DNA of 61,102 nt from Rickettsiales bacterium (GTDB lineage Bacteria; Pseudomonadota; Alphaproteobacteria; Rickettsiales; UBA1997), in NCBI GenBank assembly GCA_018969185.1, contig JAGWYT010000004.1, positions 1-61,102 of the forward strand, written 5' to 3'. The notes beneath the pieces were generated by a model. It had not been told where the DNA came from and did not search any database. It worked only from the letters and a program-made list of their open reading frames with translations. Shown piece after piece: positions 8,430 to 19,101 of this stretch (position 1 is the first letter of the stretch; every line of letters starts with the position of its first letter). The translations under genes were made by a program, and so were the position numbers.

Positions 8430-10181
8430 TTATTCAGATATTGCAACACCTTCACGTCTTGGATCAGAACCACCTTCAATATTATCATTGTTAATTGTAA
8501 TGGCATTGATACCGCTGACAATTTCAATTTCTTTGGTTTTATGGCCCATTTTTTCAAGCTTTGATTTTAGATTTACGATATCACGATTTTTTTCAAGTTC
8601 AATCACATTATTTAAAACTACGAATGACGCTAGTGAAATGGCATTTTGAATATCAAGTTTGAAATCAAGATGGTTGATAATTGCTTTTGCAATAAATTGA
8701 ATAATGCGTGGTCCTCCTGGAGAACCAACAATCATCAATAATTTTCCTTTATTATCAAAAACAAATGTTGGAGCCATAGAGCTGCGTGGTTGCTTATTCG
8801 GCGCTAAAGCATTAGCAACTTTTTTGCCATTTTTTACTGGTTCAAATGAGAAATCAGTTAATTGGTTGTTAAGCAAGAAGCCATCAACTGAAAGGGCTGA
8901 GCCAAAGAAATATTCAATTGAATTAGTCATTGAAACGGCGTTACCCATTTCATCAATTACCGATAAATGTGTGGTGGAAGGCAATTCAACTGCTTTATTA
9001 TCAACAATTAAATTTTTATCATTAACTGCAAATTTTCCTGGTAAAACTTCTTGCATCGCGGTTTCTTGGTTAATAAGAGCGGCGCGTTTTTTGAGATATT
9101 CTTTATTTAATAATTCATTCACAGGAACATTAGCACTATCTGCAATATACTCAGCGCGGTCGGCATAGGCAAGACGAGTTGCTTCAGTAATTAAATGAAC
9201 TGTTTTTAGAGAATTAGGTTTCATTTTTGATAAATCAAAATTTTCTAATATTCCCATTATCTCTAATAAAGTCACGCCTCCAGAAGGCAGTGGCATAGTA
9301 CATATTTTGTAAGATTTTCTATAATCTTCACATAGTAAATCTCCTTTTTTGACCTTATAATTTTTTAAATCAGAAAGTGATAAATAACCCGGATTTATTG
9401 GAGATTGTGCCACCGCACTTGCAATATCATTTGCAATTTTTCCCTTATAAAAATCATCAATGCCATTATTCGCAATTTTTGTTAGAGTTTTTGCTAATTT
9501 TTTATTAGTGATTTTCTCACCAACTTCATAGGGTTTACCATCAGGTTTTAAGTATATCTCAGCACTTTCTTTAAAATCTTTTAAATAGGAAATTTCTTTT
9601 GATAAATTGTGAAATCTTTCACTAACAATAAATCCGTCATTAGCAATTTTTATTGCTGGTTGAAATAAATCTTTGAAAGGAAGTTTGCCATATTTTTTAT
9701 GTGCTTCAAACATCATTTTTAAAAGCCCTGGAGTGCCAACTGACAATCCTCCACGCACAGCATCAGAAAATTCTCTAGGCTTTCCCTCGTTATTTAAAAA
9801 AATATCACTTTTAGCATTTTTTGGTGCGGTTTCGCGGCCATTAAAATAAATTGTTTTGCCAGTTTTTTTATCATAATAAAGCATGAAGCCACCACCGCCA
9901 ATACCTGAGGAATGTGGTTCAACAACATTTAAAACTAAAGAAGTTGCAATTGCAGCATCAATTGCGTTTCCCCCAATAGCTAAAATTTCTGCACCAGCTT
10001 TGCTTGATAATTCGCTTCCTGAAGAAACCATATATTTTTTTGCTTTTACAAGAGAAAGATCGCGAAAGCCAGAATCAGGCTCACCAACCCATGTGTCAGA
10101 GAGATCAAAATTTTTAGCGATTGCATCTTGTAAGAAAAACATGCTAAAAATTACAAAGAAAAATAATGAATGTTTTTTCAT
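8430..10181 (-). CDS. ggt: Gamma-glutamyltransferase
   Basis: Signal peptide, GGNAIDAAIA, SGIGGGGF, autocleavage site TTHLSVID, PRSSMAPT, GSPGG. Confidence 0.95.
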   Translation of the reverse strand: MKKHSLFFFVIFSMFFLQDAIAKNFDLSDTWVGEPDSGFRDLSLVKAKKYMVSSGSELSSKAGAEILAIGGNAIDAAIATSLVLNVVEPHSSGIGGGGFMLYYDKKTGKTIYFNGRETAPKNAKSDIFLNNEGKPREFSDAVRGGLSVGTPGLLKMMFEAHKKYGKLPFKDLFQPAIKIANDGFIVSERFHNLSKEISYLKDFKESAEIYLKPDGKPYEVGEKITNKKLAKTLTKIANNGIDDFYKGKIANDIASAVAQSPINPGYLSLSDLKNYKVKKGDLLCEDYRKSYKICTMPLPSGGVTLLEIMGILENFDLSKMKPNSLKTVHLITEATRLAYADRAEYIADSANVPVNELLNKEYLKKRAALINQETAMQEVLPGKFAVNDKNLIVDNKAVELPSTTHLSVIDEMGNAVSMTNSIEYFFGSALSVDGFLLNNQLTDFSFEPVKNGKKVANALAPNKQPRSSMAPTFVFDNKGKLLMIVGSPGGPRIIQFIAKAIINHLDFKLDIQNAISLASFVVLNNVIELEKNRDIVNLKSKLEKMGHKTKEIEIVSGINAITINNDNIEGGSDPRREGVAISE

Positions 10182-10246
10182 AGCGATTTTAAAAGTTAGG
10201 AAGTGTTTACTAGCCTAGTTAAATTAATGATTTATTCAAGAAATTT

Positions 10247-11086
10247 GTGTCCTCTTCTAATCTACAAATAATTCTAAAAGAGCTTAAACAATCTGACTAT
10301 AATTCTTATCTATGCGCCACTTTTTCTTTGCGTGAGGATTTAGAAAAAGTTGCTGCTATTCTTTTACTACAAAATGAGTTAAAGAAAATTTTTGATATTG
10401 CCTCTGAAGATATGGTTGGCATGGTTAGGATTGCATGGTGGAGAGAAAATCTAGAAGAGATTTTTTTGCAAAATAAAAAGAAAAATCATCATCTTTTAGA
10501 AGTGATTTATGATTTAAAAAACGATATTGACTATGATCTTCTAAAGCAAGCTTTAGAAGGTTTTGAAAGTGATTTTAATTCAGAGAAAAAATTTAAAAAT
10601 AAAGCAGAATTAGAGGAATATATTTTTAAAACTAGAGAAATTTTTTTCTTAATTATTTTGAGGCTTTTGAATTTTAGAGATGAGTTCTTGGGAAAAGAAT
10701 TAGCAAGGAATCTGGCTATAATCTCATTTTATTTTGATTTATTGCAAAAAATAAAAAATGAAGATGAAAAAGTAACAAGATTTTTTTATGATGGTTTTTT
10801 TTCTGAGTTAAAAATTGAGGCTAAATTTTGGCAGGAAAATAATATCAATAAAAAATATGATGAGAATTTATTGGTGATTGTAGAACATGTTGTAACGCGG
10901 GTGGAAGAAGCTTGCAATAGTATTGATAAAATTAGAAAATCATTGCCAAAAAATCTAAAAAATTTAATTACTAAAAAAGATTTAGCGGAGATTCTACTTT
11001 GTAATTTACGTAAGAAAAATTTTGATATTTTTACAAGTGACTTATTGGCAAAGTCTTTTGTAACGAAGATTAGATTGTTGTTGTAA
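10247..11086 (+). CDS. Squalene/phytoene synthase-like protein (NDUFAF6 homologue)
   Basis: LKQSDYNSYLCATF, EDMVGMVRIAWWRE; GTG start. Confidence 0.65.
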   Translation: MSSSNLQIILKELKQSDYNSYLCATFSLREDLEKVAAILLLQNELKKIFDIASEDMVGMVRIAWWRENLEEIFLQNKKKNHHLLEVIYDLKNDIDYDLLKQALEGFESDFNSEKKFKNKAELEEYIFKTREIFFLIILRLLNFRDEFLGKELARNLAIISFYFDLLQKIKNEDEKVTRFFYDGFFSELKIEAKFWQENNINKKYDENLLVIVEHVVTRVEEACNSIDKIRKSLPKNLKNLITKKDLAEILLCNLRKKNFDIFTSDLLAKSFVTKIRLLL

Positions 11087-11198
11087 ATCTTATCCGCTGG
11101 TTGAGCGAAGTCGAAACCAAGGATAAGATTATTCAGTTTCTCTTGGTTTTGACACTTCGTCAAGCTTAGTGCGGCGCATGCTCAAGGCGCGAGAAACT
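11086..11198. repeat. Family-2 REP-like inverted doublet; second unit lies in the ccmF 3' end
   Basis: AATCTTATCC-GCTGGTTGAGCGAAGTCGAAACCAA-GGATAAGATT followed by an inverted, expanded unit AGTTTCTC...GAGAAACT. Confidence 0.85.
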
Positions 11199-13096
11199 AA
11201 AATCCCCACCATCATAGCACTAAAAATCATGGCGCAGCCAATCCAGATTAAATAAATAAATGGTTTGATATAAATTCTTAAAGCAAAAAAACCATTTTCG
11301 TCTTTTTGTCCCATTACCAAATAAATGTCACCAAAAATTCCACTTTTAATTGCTGCTTCATTTGTTGTTTGATTGGAAGTTGGATAGAAGCGAAGTTGTG
11401 GCACCAACAATACATGAGGCTTGCCATCTTTTTTTACTTCAAACATACCTTCTCTAGCAAGAAAATTTGGTCCAATTTGATAGCCAATTTTGCTGAACTT
11501 TATATCATAATTTGCAATTGATACTGATTCATTTTCTCTAATATTTAATTCTTTAACTTTGTCAAAAGATGAGGTTAAAATAACGCCAATTATTATAAGT
11601 AGAAAGCCAAGGTGAGCCATTGTTACTGGTAGCTGCGAAATGGCATTGGAAAAGTTATTTTTAAGAACTTTACTAAAAAATAAAATTGTAATTATTGCGG
11701 CAAAAATTGCTAAAAATAAAATTGTAATTTGCGATAATCTGACATCTTTCTCATAATAAAATCCTATAGAAGTAATGGCGGCTGAAATCAGGCAAATCAG
11801 AGTGTTTTGACGATTAATTATTTTTTCTTTAGCAGTTTTATTTGAATAATTTAAATGATAAGAAATCGCTAAAAATAATAAAAATGGAATGATTAAAATT
11901 GTAAGCAATTTATTGTAATAGCTTGGCCCAATTGAGATGAATTGGTTAAAAAAACTTTGTGAGAAAATTGGATAAAGTGTGCCAAGAAGAACGATGAATA
12001 AAGATAGAATCAAAAAATAATTATTAACTAAGATTGCCCCAATTTTTGACAGCAAATGAAACTCACTTTTTTCACTTTTTAATTTTGGTAATTTGTAACA
12101 AAAGATTAGCATCGCGATGCCACCAATCAAAGTAATTAGAGCAATTACAAAGAATCCACGTTTGGCATCAATTGCAAAAGAATGAACGGAAGTTAGAATT
12201 CCAGAACGCACTAAAAAAATTCCAAGTAGGCACAAAATAAAAGTTAGAATTGCTAAGAAAGAACTCCAGATTTTAAAAATTTCTTTTTTCTCAAGTATTT
12301 TTAAAGCGTGAACTAAAGCGGTTGCAGCAAGCCATGGCATTAGAGAAATATTTTCTACAGGATCAAAAAACCAATATCCGCCCCAACCAAGCTCACGATA
12401 TGCCCACCAAGCACCAAGACCAATTCCTAAAGTTAGAAAGCCATAAGCAAAAAATAACCAATTCTTTAAATATCTAGCAAAATCTTGATTAATTTTTTCA
12501 CATAAAAGTGAGGCAAGCGCAAAAGAAAAAATTAGAGAGAAGCCAATATATCCAGTGTAAAGCATTGGAGGGTGCATGGCAAGACCAATATCTTGTAAAA
12601 TTGGATTTAAGCCAAGACCTTCATGTGGCATTGGAAAGATGCGTTTAAAAGGATTTGAAGTAAAAGCGGTGAAAGCAGCAAAAGCGCTGATAATAAAGGA
12701 TTGTGAGGCAATTGTAATGAGCTTTTTTTTATCATCACATTTACTTAAAAAAGCAAAAGCTAATGTATAAGTTGTCAGTATTGTGATGAGCAGCAACATT
12801 GACCCTTCATGGTTTCCCCAGCTTCCAGAGATTTTGTAAATTAAAGGTTTCAGATGATGAGAATTATAATAAACATTTGAAACTGAATAATCAGAAATTA
12901 TGAAGGAATAAATCAGACAAGATTGTGAGAGAAGAGCGGAAACAAAAAGTAAAATAATTAAAATTAACGAGATTTTTTTAAGCTCAGAAATTTTGATTTT
13001 TGACTTTTCTTGTAGTGAAAAAAAAGTAAAAAATGGCAAAAATAAACCAATTGTGAATACTGCTAATAGTAATGTAAAGCCAATGGTTGGAATCAT
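11129..13096 (-). CDS. ccmF: Cytochrome c-type biogenesis heme lyase
   Basis: WGNHEGSMLL, GLNPILQD, HPPMLYTGY, tryptophan-rich WAYRELGWGGYWFFDPVEN, SVHSFA. ATG at 13096 is preferred because the ORF-track start at 13129 lies in a repeat. Confidence 0.95.
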   Translation of the reverse strand: MIPTIGFTLLLAVFTIGLFLPFFTFFSLQEKSKIKISELKKISLILIILLFVSALLSQSCLIYSFIISDYSVSNVYYNSHHLKPLIYKISGSWGNHEGSMLLLITILTTYTLAFAFLSKCDDKKKLITIASQSFIISAFAAFTAFTSNPFKRIFPMPHEGLGLNPILQDIGLAMHPPMLYTGYIGFSLIFSFALASLLCEKINQDFARYLKNWLFFAYGFLTLGIGLGAWWAYRELGWGGYWFFDPVENISLMPWLAATALVHALKILEKKEIFKIWSSFLAILTFILCLLGIFLVRSGILTSVHSFAIDAKRGFFVIALITLIGGIAMLIFCYKLPKLKSEKSEFHLLSKIGAILVNNYFLILSLFIVLLGTLYPIFSQSFFNQFISIGPSYYNKLLTILIIPFLLFLAISYHLNYSNKTAKEKIINRQNTLICLISAAITSIGFYYEKDVRLSQITILFLAIFAAIITILFFSKVLKNNFSNAISQLPVTMAHLGFLLIIIGVILTSSFDKVKELNIRENESVSIANYDIKFSKIGYQIGPNFLAREGMFEVKKDGKPHVLLVPQLRFYPTSNQTTNEAAIKSGIFGDIYLVMGQKDENGFFALRIYIKPFIYLIWIGCAMIFSAMMVGILVSRALSMRRTKLDEVSKPRETE

Positions 13097-13113
13097 ATAT
13101 AAGAAAAGAATTA

Positions 13114-13217
13114 AATCCTCCGTCCTCACTTCGTTCGGACACCTCCTTTTTACTTAAAATTTATTTTTTTTTAAGTAAGAAGTTGCAATTTGCTAAAGCA
13201 AATTGTCAAAGGAGGTT
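13114..13217. repeat. Family-3 nested palindrome
   Basis: AATCCTCCGTC-hairpin-GACACCTCCTTTT-[TACTTA...TAAGTA-AGAAGTT-GCAATTTGC-TAAA-GCAAATTGT]-CAAAGGAGGT; near-identical at 22547 and 58121. Confidence 0.88.
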
Positions 13218-13227
13218 GTAAGGGATT

Positions 13228-14634
13228 TTATATGTTTTGTGAAATAAATTTCTTCACTGCCGCAATATCATTATTTATGATATCAAATTTTTCTTTGCGC
13301 TTAAATAAATCTTTTAAGAAATTAGGCAATTCTGGCTTAGGGGCTCCTGCTTCAATGACAGCGTCAGGAAATTTTGCGCCGTGAGCTGTTGCAAGTGCAA
13401 CAACTAATTCACCTTTATAATCATTGTTTTTCATAAAGGCATCAGCAGCAGCAACTCCAATTGCGCTATGTGGATCAAGAATTTCTCCAGTTTTAACAAA
13501 AACTTCTTTAATTTTTTTAGTAGTTTCTTTGTCGTTAAAAGCATAAGAAGCAAATTCTTTTTTGATGCTATCAAGAATTGATTTCTTAACTTTTAATTTA
13601 CCGCTCTTATCAAATTCTCTCATTAAATTTGCCACTTCTTTTTCTGATTTTTGATCTTTGTGAGCATTAAAAAGAAGTCTTTCGAAATTACTTGAAACTT
13701 GAATATTCATACTTGGAGAGATTGTCTCATGAAGTTTATTTCTGCTATAATCATTATTTTTTAAGAAGCGATGTAAGATGTCGTTTGAGTTTGTTGCAAT
13801 AATCAGTTTATTAATGTTTAGACCCATTTTTTTTGCTAAATAGCCAGCGTAAATATCACCAAAATTTCCAGTTGGAACAGAGAAAGAAACTGGATTATTC
13901 TTATTAGCACCAATTCTTAATCCAGCATAAAAATAATAAACAATTTGTGCCATGATGCGGGCAAAATTAATTGAATTTACCGCAACCATTCTTTTTCCTT
14001 TTAAGAAAGTTTGATCACCAAACATTTTCTTAACCATTGATTGGCAATCATCGAAATCACCTGTTAGCGCGATGTTGAAAACGTTATCTGCAATTACTGA
14101 AGTCATTTGTTTTCTTTGTACTTCAGATACTTTATTGTGAGGATGTAAAATAAAAATTGTGGCATTCTTGCAAGATTTACAACCTTGAATTGCCGCAGAT
14201 CCAGTATCTCCTGAAGTGGCACCAATTATGATTATTTTCTCTTTTCTTTTTTGTAAAAGATAATCAAGTAAATTTCCTAAGAATTGCAAAGCAAAGTCTT
14301 TAAAAGCAAGAGTTGGGCCGTGAAATAGTTCAAGTAAAAATTGATTCTGACCAAGTTGTTTTAATGGTGCAATTGCGCTGTGAGAAAAATTCTTATATGA
14401 TTTCTCAATTATTTTTTTATAGGTTTTTTCATCAATTTCTGAGCCAATAAATGATTTTGTAACTTCAAAAAATAACTCCGGATAAGTCATTTTTTTCATT
14501 TTTTCTAATTTCTTCTCATCAAATTTTGGTAAAGATTCAGGAATATAAAGTCCACCGTCGCTTGCTAGTCCTTGCAAAACAACATCTTCAAAAGAAAGTT
14601 TTTGTGCCTTTAATCGGCTTGAAATATATTTCAT
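13228..14634 (-). CDS. thrC: Threonine synthase
   Basis: GLASDGGLY, PLP lysine LELFHGPTLAFKD, ATSGDTGSAA, SVPTGNFGD, DPHSAIG. Confidence 0.96.
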   Translation of the reverse strand: MKYISSRLKAQKLSFEDVVLQGLASDGGLYIPESLPKFDEKKLEKMKKMTYPELFFEVTKSFIGSEIDEKTYKKIIEKSYKNFSHSAIAPLKQLGQNQFLLELFHGPTLAFKDFALQFLGNLLDYLLQKRKEKIIIIGATSGDTGSAAIQGCKSCKNATIFILHPHNKVSEVQRKQMTSVIADNVFNIALTGDFDDCQSMVKKMFGDQTFLKGKRMVAVNSINFARIMAQIVYYFYAGLRIGANKNNPVSFSVPTGNFGDIYAGYLAKKMGLNINKLIIATNSNDILHRFLKNNDYSRNKLHETISPSMNIQVSSNFERLLFNAHKDQKSEKEVANLMREFDKSGKLKVKKSILDSIKKEFASYAFNDKETTKKIKEVFVKTGEILDPHSAIGVAAADAFMKNNDYKGELVVALATAHGAKFPDAVIEAGAPKPELPNFLKDLFKRKEKFDIINNDIAAVKKFISQNI

Positions 14635-14715
14635 GTTTATAATATGGATAAAAATTTGATTTTTTTGTCGTAACCCTATAGTTAATGTTGCAACATAGTA
14701 AATTTTTCTAAATTA

Positions 14716-15222
14716 ATGTCAAAATCTAATTCTAAGAACCAACAAACAAAGCAAAAGCCTGACTATCTTTATCGTAATGGAGTTGGCATTATGATCATTA
14801 ATAAAGATAAGAAAATTTTTGTGGGCAAGAGAATTGACAATAACTCTGATGCTTGGCAGATGCCGCAAGGTGGGCTTGATGCTGGAGAAAGTGAAGATTT
14901 GGCGATGTTGCGTGAGTTGAAGGAAGAGACAGGAATTAGTGATAATTTGGTTAGAATCATAACCAAAAGTAAGAAGCACCATTATTATGATTTACCTTAT
15001 AAATTACAGAAAAAATTCTGGGGTGGCAAATATTTAGGACAAAGACAAAAATGGTATTTGATTGAATTCTTGGGAAATGAAGATGAAATAAATATCAAGA
15101 CTGAAGATCCAGAATTTTCTGAATGGAAATGGGTTGCTAAACAAGATTTACTTAGTGAAATAGTTTATTTTAAAAGGGATCTTTACGAAAATATTGTAAA
15201 AGAATTTGAGGAGTTTTTATAG
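14716..15222 (+). CDS. rppH: RNA pyrophosphohydrolase
   Basis: YRNGVGIM, WQMPQGG, Nudix box, GQRQKW, EFSEWKW. Confidence 0.93.
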   Translation: MSKSNSKNQQTKQKPDYLYRNGVGIMIINKDKKIFVGKRIDNNSDAWQMPQGGLDAGESEDLAMLRELKEETGISDNLVRIITKSKKHHYYDLPYKLQKKFWGGKYLGQRQKWYLIEFLGNEDEINIKTEDPEFSEWKWVAKQDLLSEIVYFKRDLYENIVKEFEEFL

Positions 15223-15669
15223 ATGGTTATGGAAGTTAGTTTTTATCAATGTGACGAAGCTCTTGCAAAATCAATTGCTCCTTTGTTACTCAAAATATTA
15301 GATGAAAATAAGAAGGCTTTAATTGTGACCACAAGCCAAATGGAAGTGAAAGAAATTGATGCTGCGCTATGGAGTTTTGGGAAAAATAAATTTATTCCTC
15401 ATATAACGGATAGCGATAAGGATTTTGATTTTAAAAGGCAGCCAATAATTATCACTGATAAGGAAGATAATTTTAATGGTGCGGATTATATAGTTTTGAC
15501 TAAGGAAGTTTCTTCAAATTTCTTGAGAAATTTTTCTAGAGTTTTTTATTTTTACGATGTTTTAAATGTTGCAGTTGCTAAGGTTTTAGCTGGTAAATAT
15601 AAAAATATTGCAAGTAAGATTCAGTCTTATGGGAAGAAAGATGGTAAGTGGGTTAAGATAGATATCTAA
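15223..15669 (+). CDS. holC: DNA polymerase III chi subunit
   Basis: MEVSFYQ, IDAALWSF..FIPH, QPIII, GKWVK. Confidence 0.8.
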   Translation: MVMEVSFYQCDEALAKSIAPLLLKILDENKKALIVTTSQMEVKEIDAALWSFGKNKFIPHITDSDKDFDFKRQPIIITDKEDNFNGADYIVLTKEVSSNFLRNFSRVFYFYDVLNVAVAKVLAGKYKNIASKIQSYGKKDGKWVKIDI

Positions 15670-15670
15670 A

Positions 15671-17056
15671 CTACTTACTAATAAACACTGCCTCAATATT
15701 TTTCTCTTCAATTCCTGTTTTGTCTTTGATTATCAGACTAATCAAATTTTGCGCTTCAATATTTTTATCTAAAAATTCTTTTGGTAAGGTTACATATATT
15801 TTGAATGATCCTACAGAATCTTGATCTATTGGCAAATTTTCTGCATCAACTCCTTCATAAGATTGAACTTTTAATTTAGCTTCTTGAGGAGACAGGATTT
15901 TTATTTCAAAAGTCTTTTTCTCGTGAGTTTTATTGGCAATTTTAATTGTATAACCATTTCTTATATTACCATCAGCAAGCATTACAAATGTTGGGTTGCG
16001 GTCAGCAATAATATTAATTTCAAAAGCTGATTTTGAAATTAAATTAAAAGACATTAAACTGCAGGCAAAAATTAATATTGCGGCATAATAAAATGTTCTT
16101 GGTTTTAGCAGCTTGAAACGATTTTTTATATCAGGATTGCGTAGATTTTTTTCAGTATCATATCTAATTAAGCCTTTTGGTCTGTCAATTTTTTTCATCA
16201 CATTATCACAAGCATCAATACAAAGGCCGCAAGCAATACATTCCATTTGTAAGCCATTTCTAATATCAATTCCAACTGGGCAAACTACAACACATTGTTT
16301 GCAATCAATGCAATCGCCAAGATTGCTTTTTGATTTGAATTTTCCTCTTGGTTCGCCGCGTTTTTCATCATAAGTAATGATTAAAGTATTTTCATCAAAC
16401 ATTGCAGATTGAAAGCGTGAGTAAGGGCACATATAGGTACAAACCTGTTCACGGGCAAAGCCTGCCATTATATAAGTTGAGGTAGCAATGCCAAAAATCC
16501 AACCCCAAATTGCAAGATCAAATTGAAGTGAGATGGTATTCTTTATTAGTTCAAAAATATCGTTGAAATAGCAGACAAAGCCAAAGCCAGTAATGATTGA
16601 GACTAAAATCCAAGAAAGATGTGTAAGTGATTTTTTATAGAATTTTTTAAAGGAATTTTTGCGATCAAGTATAATTCTATCATTGCGATCTCCTTGAAAA
16701 AATCTTTCTAAAAAAATAAATATATCAGTCCAAACTGTTTGGAAACAAGCATAGCCGCACCATATCCGGCCAAAAAGTGAAGTGACAAAAAATAATGTTA
16801 CAGCAGCAATTATCAAAATTCCCATCAAGTAATAAACTTCCTGTGGCCATATTTCTATAGCAAAAAAATAAATTTTACTATTTGTAAAATCGATTAAAAT
16901 TGCTTGATTTGGTGCATCACCACCACGATTGAAACGTAAAAAAGGTGAAAATAAATAGATGCTTAAAAAAATAAAATTTAGAATTGATTTTATTTTTCTA
17001 AATTTTCCTTTTACATATTGTGGAAATAATCTTTTTCTAGCGGCAAATAATTCCAT
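15671..17056 (-). CDS. ccoG: Cytochrome c oxidase accessory ferredoxin-like protein CcoG/FixG
   Basis: GRIWCGYACFQTVW, AREQVCTYMCPY, CIDCKQCVVVCP, CIACGLCIDACD. Confidence 0.93.
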   Translation of the reverse strand: MELFAARKRLFPQYVKGKFRKIKSILNFIFLSIYLFSPFLRFNRGGDAPNQAILIDFTNSKIYFFAIEIWPQEVYYLMGILIIAAVTLFFVTSLFGRIWCGYACFQTVWTDIFIFLERFFQGDRNDRIILDRKNSFKKFYKKSLTHLSWILVSIITGFGFVCYFNDIFELIKNTISLQFDLAIWGWIFGIATSTYIMAGFAREQVCTYMCPYSRFQSAMFDENTLIITYDEKRGEPRGKFKSKSNLGDCIDCKQCVVVCPVGIDIRNGLQMECIACGLCIDACDNVMKKIDRPKGLIRYDTEKNLRNPDIKNRFKLLKPRTFYYAAILIFACSLMSFNLISKSAFEINIIADRNPTFVMLADGNIRNGYTIKIANKTHEKKTFEIKILSPQEAKLKVQSYEGVDAENLPIDQDSVGSFKIYVTLPKEFLDKNIEAQNLISLIIKDKTGIEEKNIEAVFISK

Positions 17057-17155
17057 AGACAGATAATTTTATTAGGAGTTTCATCATGAACTTGTTTTAG
17101 GATTTTAGAACAACAACGTTATAACTAATTAATTTAAAAACGCGAATTTTTATTC

Positions 17156-18295
17156 ATGAATAAAATTGCAATTAAAATGCTAATGGGAGACAAGGCAAAA
17201 TATCTCGGTTTGATATTTGGCATTATGTTTGCAACGCTTTTAATGTCGCAACAAATGTCGCTTTTCGTTGGTATTATGGCGCGCACTTTCGCCCTTGTGT
17301 CTGAGACTTCAGAAGGTGATATTTGGGTGATGAATAATAAGGTGCAATATGTTGATGGCATTGAGCCAATGCCTGATGTTACTTTAGGGCAAGTGCGTGG
17401 TGTTGAAGGTGTGAAATGGGCGGTTCCGATGCATAAAGGACAAGTGGTGGTGAAGGTTAATGGTAATCTTGAATTAGTAACATTAATTGGGGTTGATGAT
17501 GTTTCTTTAGTTGGTGCACCGCGTAAAATGTTGATGGGAAATTTAAATGATATAAATCGCCCAAATGCTGTAATTGTTGATAAATTAGGCTATGATTATA
17601 TTTGGGGAAAAGATGGAGAGATGAGCATAAATAAAGAGTTTGAAGCTAATGATCAAAGAATGGTTTTAGTTGGAATTTGCAATTCAACTCCTAATTTCGC
17701 TTCGCCAATTTTGATGTATTCACGTTATAATGAGGCCATAAAATACACGGGTCAAGCACGCAATAAAATGTCATTCATAATTGTGAAAGTAAAAGAAGGA
17801 AATGATGCAAAAGAGGTTGCCAAAAGAATTAATGAAGAAACTGGTTTTAAGGCGCTTACTTGGCAGGAATTTTCTGACGCAACATATAATTATTATATTA
17901 CGCATACCGGAATTGCGATTAATTTTGGAATAACTGTTTTGCTTGGATTCATTGTTGGCGCAGTAATTTCTGGTCAAACTTTTTATATTTTTGTGGTAGA
18001 AAATCTCAAACAATTTGCGGCTCTAAAAGCAATTGGTGTTACTCATAGAAAAATTATGCAAATGGTTTTAACGCAAGCAGCAGTTGTGGGTTCAATTGGC
18101 TTTGCCATGGGTATTGGTCTTACTTCAATATTTTTTGGTAAGGTTGCCAAAGAGGGTGTATTTAAAGGATTTTATCTGCCATTAGAAGTTGTAATTGGAA
18201 CTGCCTTAGCAGTAATTTTAATTATGATTATTTCTAGTTTTATTAGTATTAGGAAGGTGTTCGTAGTAGACCCAGCAATAGTATTTAGGGGGTAA
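17156..18295 (+). CDS. ABC exporter permease (FtsX/MacB/DevC-like)
   Basis: N-terminal TM, large periplasmic domain, LKAIG motif, three C-terminal TMs, DPAIVF. Confidence 0.85.
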   Translation: MNKIAIKMLMGDKAKYLGLIFGIMFATLLMSQQMSLFVGIMARTFALVSETSEGDIWVMNNKVQYVDGIEPMPDVTLGQVRGVEGVKWAVPMHKGQVVVKVNGNLELVTLIGVDDVSLVGAPRKMLMGNLNDINRPNAVIVDKLGYDYIWGKDGEMSINKEFEANDQRMVLVGICNSTPNFASPILMYSRYNEAIKYTGQARNKMSFIIVKVKEGNDAKEVAKRINEETGFKALTWQEFSDATYNYYITHTGIAINFGITVLLGFIVGAVISGQTFYIFVVENLKQFAALKAIGVTHRKIMQMVLTQAAVVGSIGFAMGIGLTSIFFGKVAKEGVFKGFYLPLEVVIGTALAVILIMIISSFISIRKVFVVDPAIVFRG

Positions 18296-18296
18296 G

Positions 18297-19031
18297 ATGA
18301 CAAAAAAAATTCTTATTGAGACAAAAAATATTAGTAAAGATTTTAAGATTGGCGAACAAACAACAAGAGTTTTGCATGAAGTTGATTTAAAAATTTATGC
18401 TGGTGAATTAACGATGATTGTGGGGCCAAGCGGCTGTGGTAAAACAACTTTGCTTTCAATAATGACAGGAATTTTAACACCAAGTGAAGGTGAAGTTATT
18501 ATTAATGATTGTGTCATAACAAAATTATCTAGTAGTGAAAAAATAGATCATCGCAGAAAGAATTTGGGATTTATTTTTCAACAATATAATCTTTTACCAG
18601 CGCTCACTGCTGCTGAGAATGCCGCAATTCCGCTAATTGCTGATGGTGTAAAAATTTCTGTTGCTACTAATAAAGCAAAACAAGTTTTAAATATGATGGA
18701 TATGGAAAATCATGTTGATAAATTGCCATCACAACTTTCCGGTGGTCAGCAACAAAGAGTTGCAATTGCAAGAGCCTTGGTTCATGATCCAATATTAATT
18801 GTGTGTGATGAACCAACAGCAGCTTTAGATGCTGCTGCTGGTAAAAAGGTGATGGAAATTTTGCGTGAAAATGCTTATAAGGAAGGCCGTGCTGTTATTG
18901 TGGTAACTCATGATAATCGTATTTTTCAATTTGCTGATCGTATCATTGAAATGGAAGATGGTCGTATCACGGTAAGTAAAAGAAAGAAAAGCTTCTCGCT
19001 GGTTGAGATTGTCGAAACCAAGAGAAGCTAA
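18297..19031 (+). CDS. ABC exporter ATP-binding protein (LolD/MacB/DevA-like)
   Basis: Walker A GPSGCGKT, LSGGQQQRVAIARAL, CDEPT, VTHD. Confidence 0.93.
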   Translation: MTKKILIETKNISKDFKIGEQTTRVLHEVDLKIYAGELTMIVGPSGCGKTTLLSIMTGILTPSEGEVIINDCVITKLSSSEKIDHRRKNLGFIFQQYNLLPALTAAENAAIPLIADGVKISVATNKAKQVLNMMDMENHVDKLPSQLSGGQQQRVAIARALVHDPILIVCDEPTAALDAAAGKKVMEILRENAYKEGRAVIVVTHDNRIFQFADRIIEMEDGRITVSKRKKSFSLVEIVETKRS

Positions 19032-19074
19032 TCTTATCCTTGGTTTGTCACAAGCTCAACCAGCGGATAAGATT
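18990..19074. repeat. Family-2 REP-like inverted doublet; first unit encodes the ATPase C-terminus
   Basis: AGCTTCTC-GCTGGTTGAGATTGTCGAAACCAA-GAGAAGCT then AATCTTATCC-TTGGTTTGTCACAAGCTCAACCAGC-GGATAAGATT. Confidence 0.85.
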
Positions 19075-19101
19075 TTTAGATATATTGTTTAAAAAAAACT
19101 A

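Noticed and set aside
15671-17056. ccoG without ccoNOQP
   Set aside because: The cbb3 oxidase genes may lie elsewhere in the genome; dispersal of operons is common in this window and cannot be judged here.
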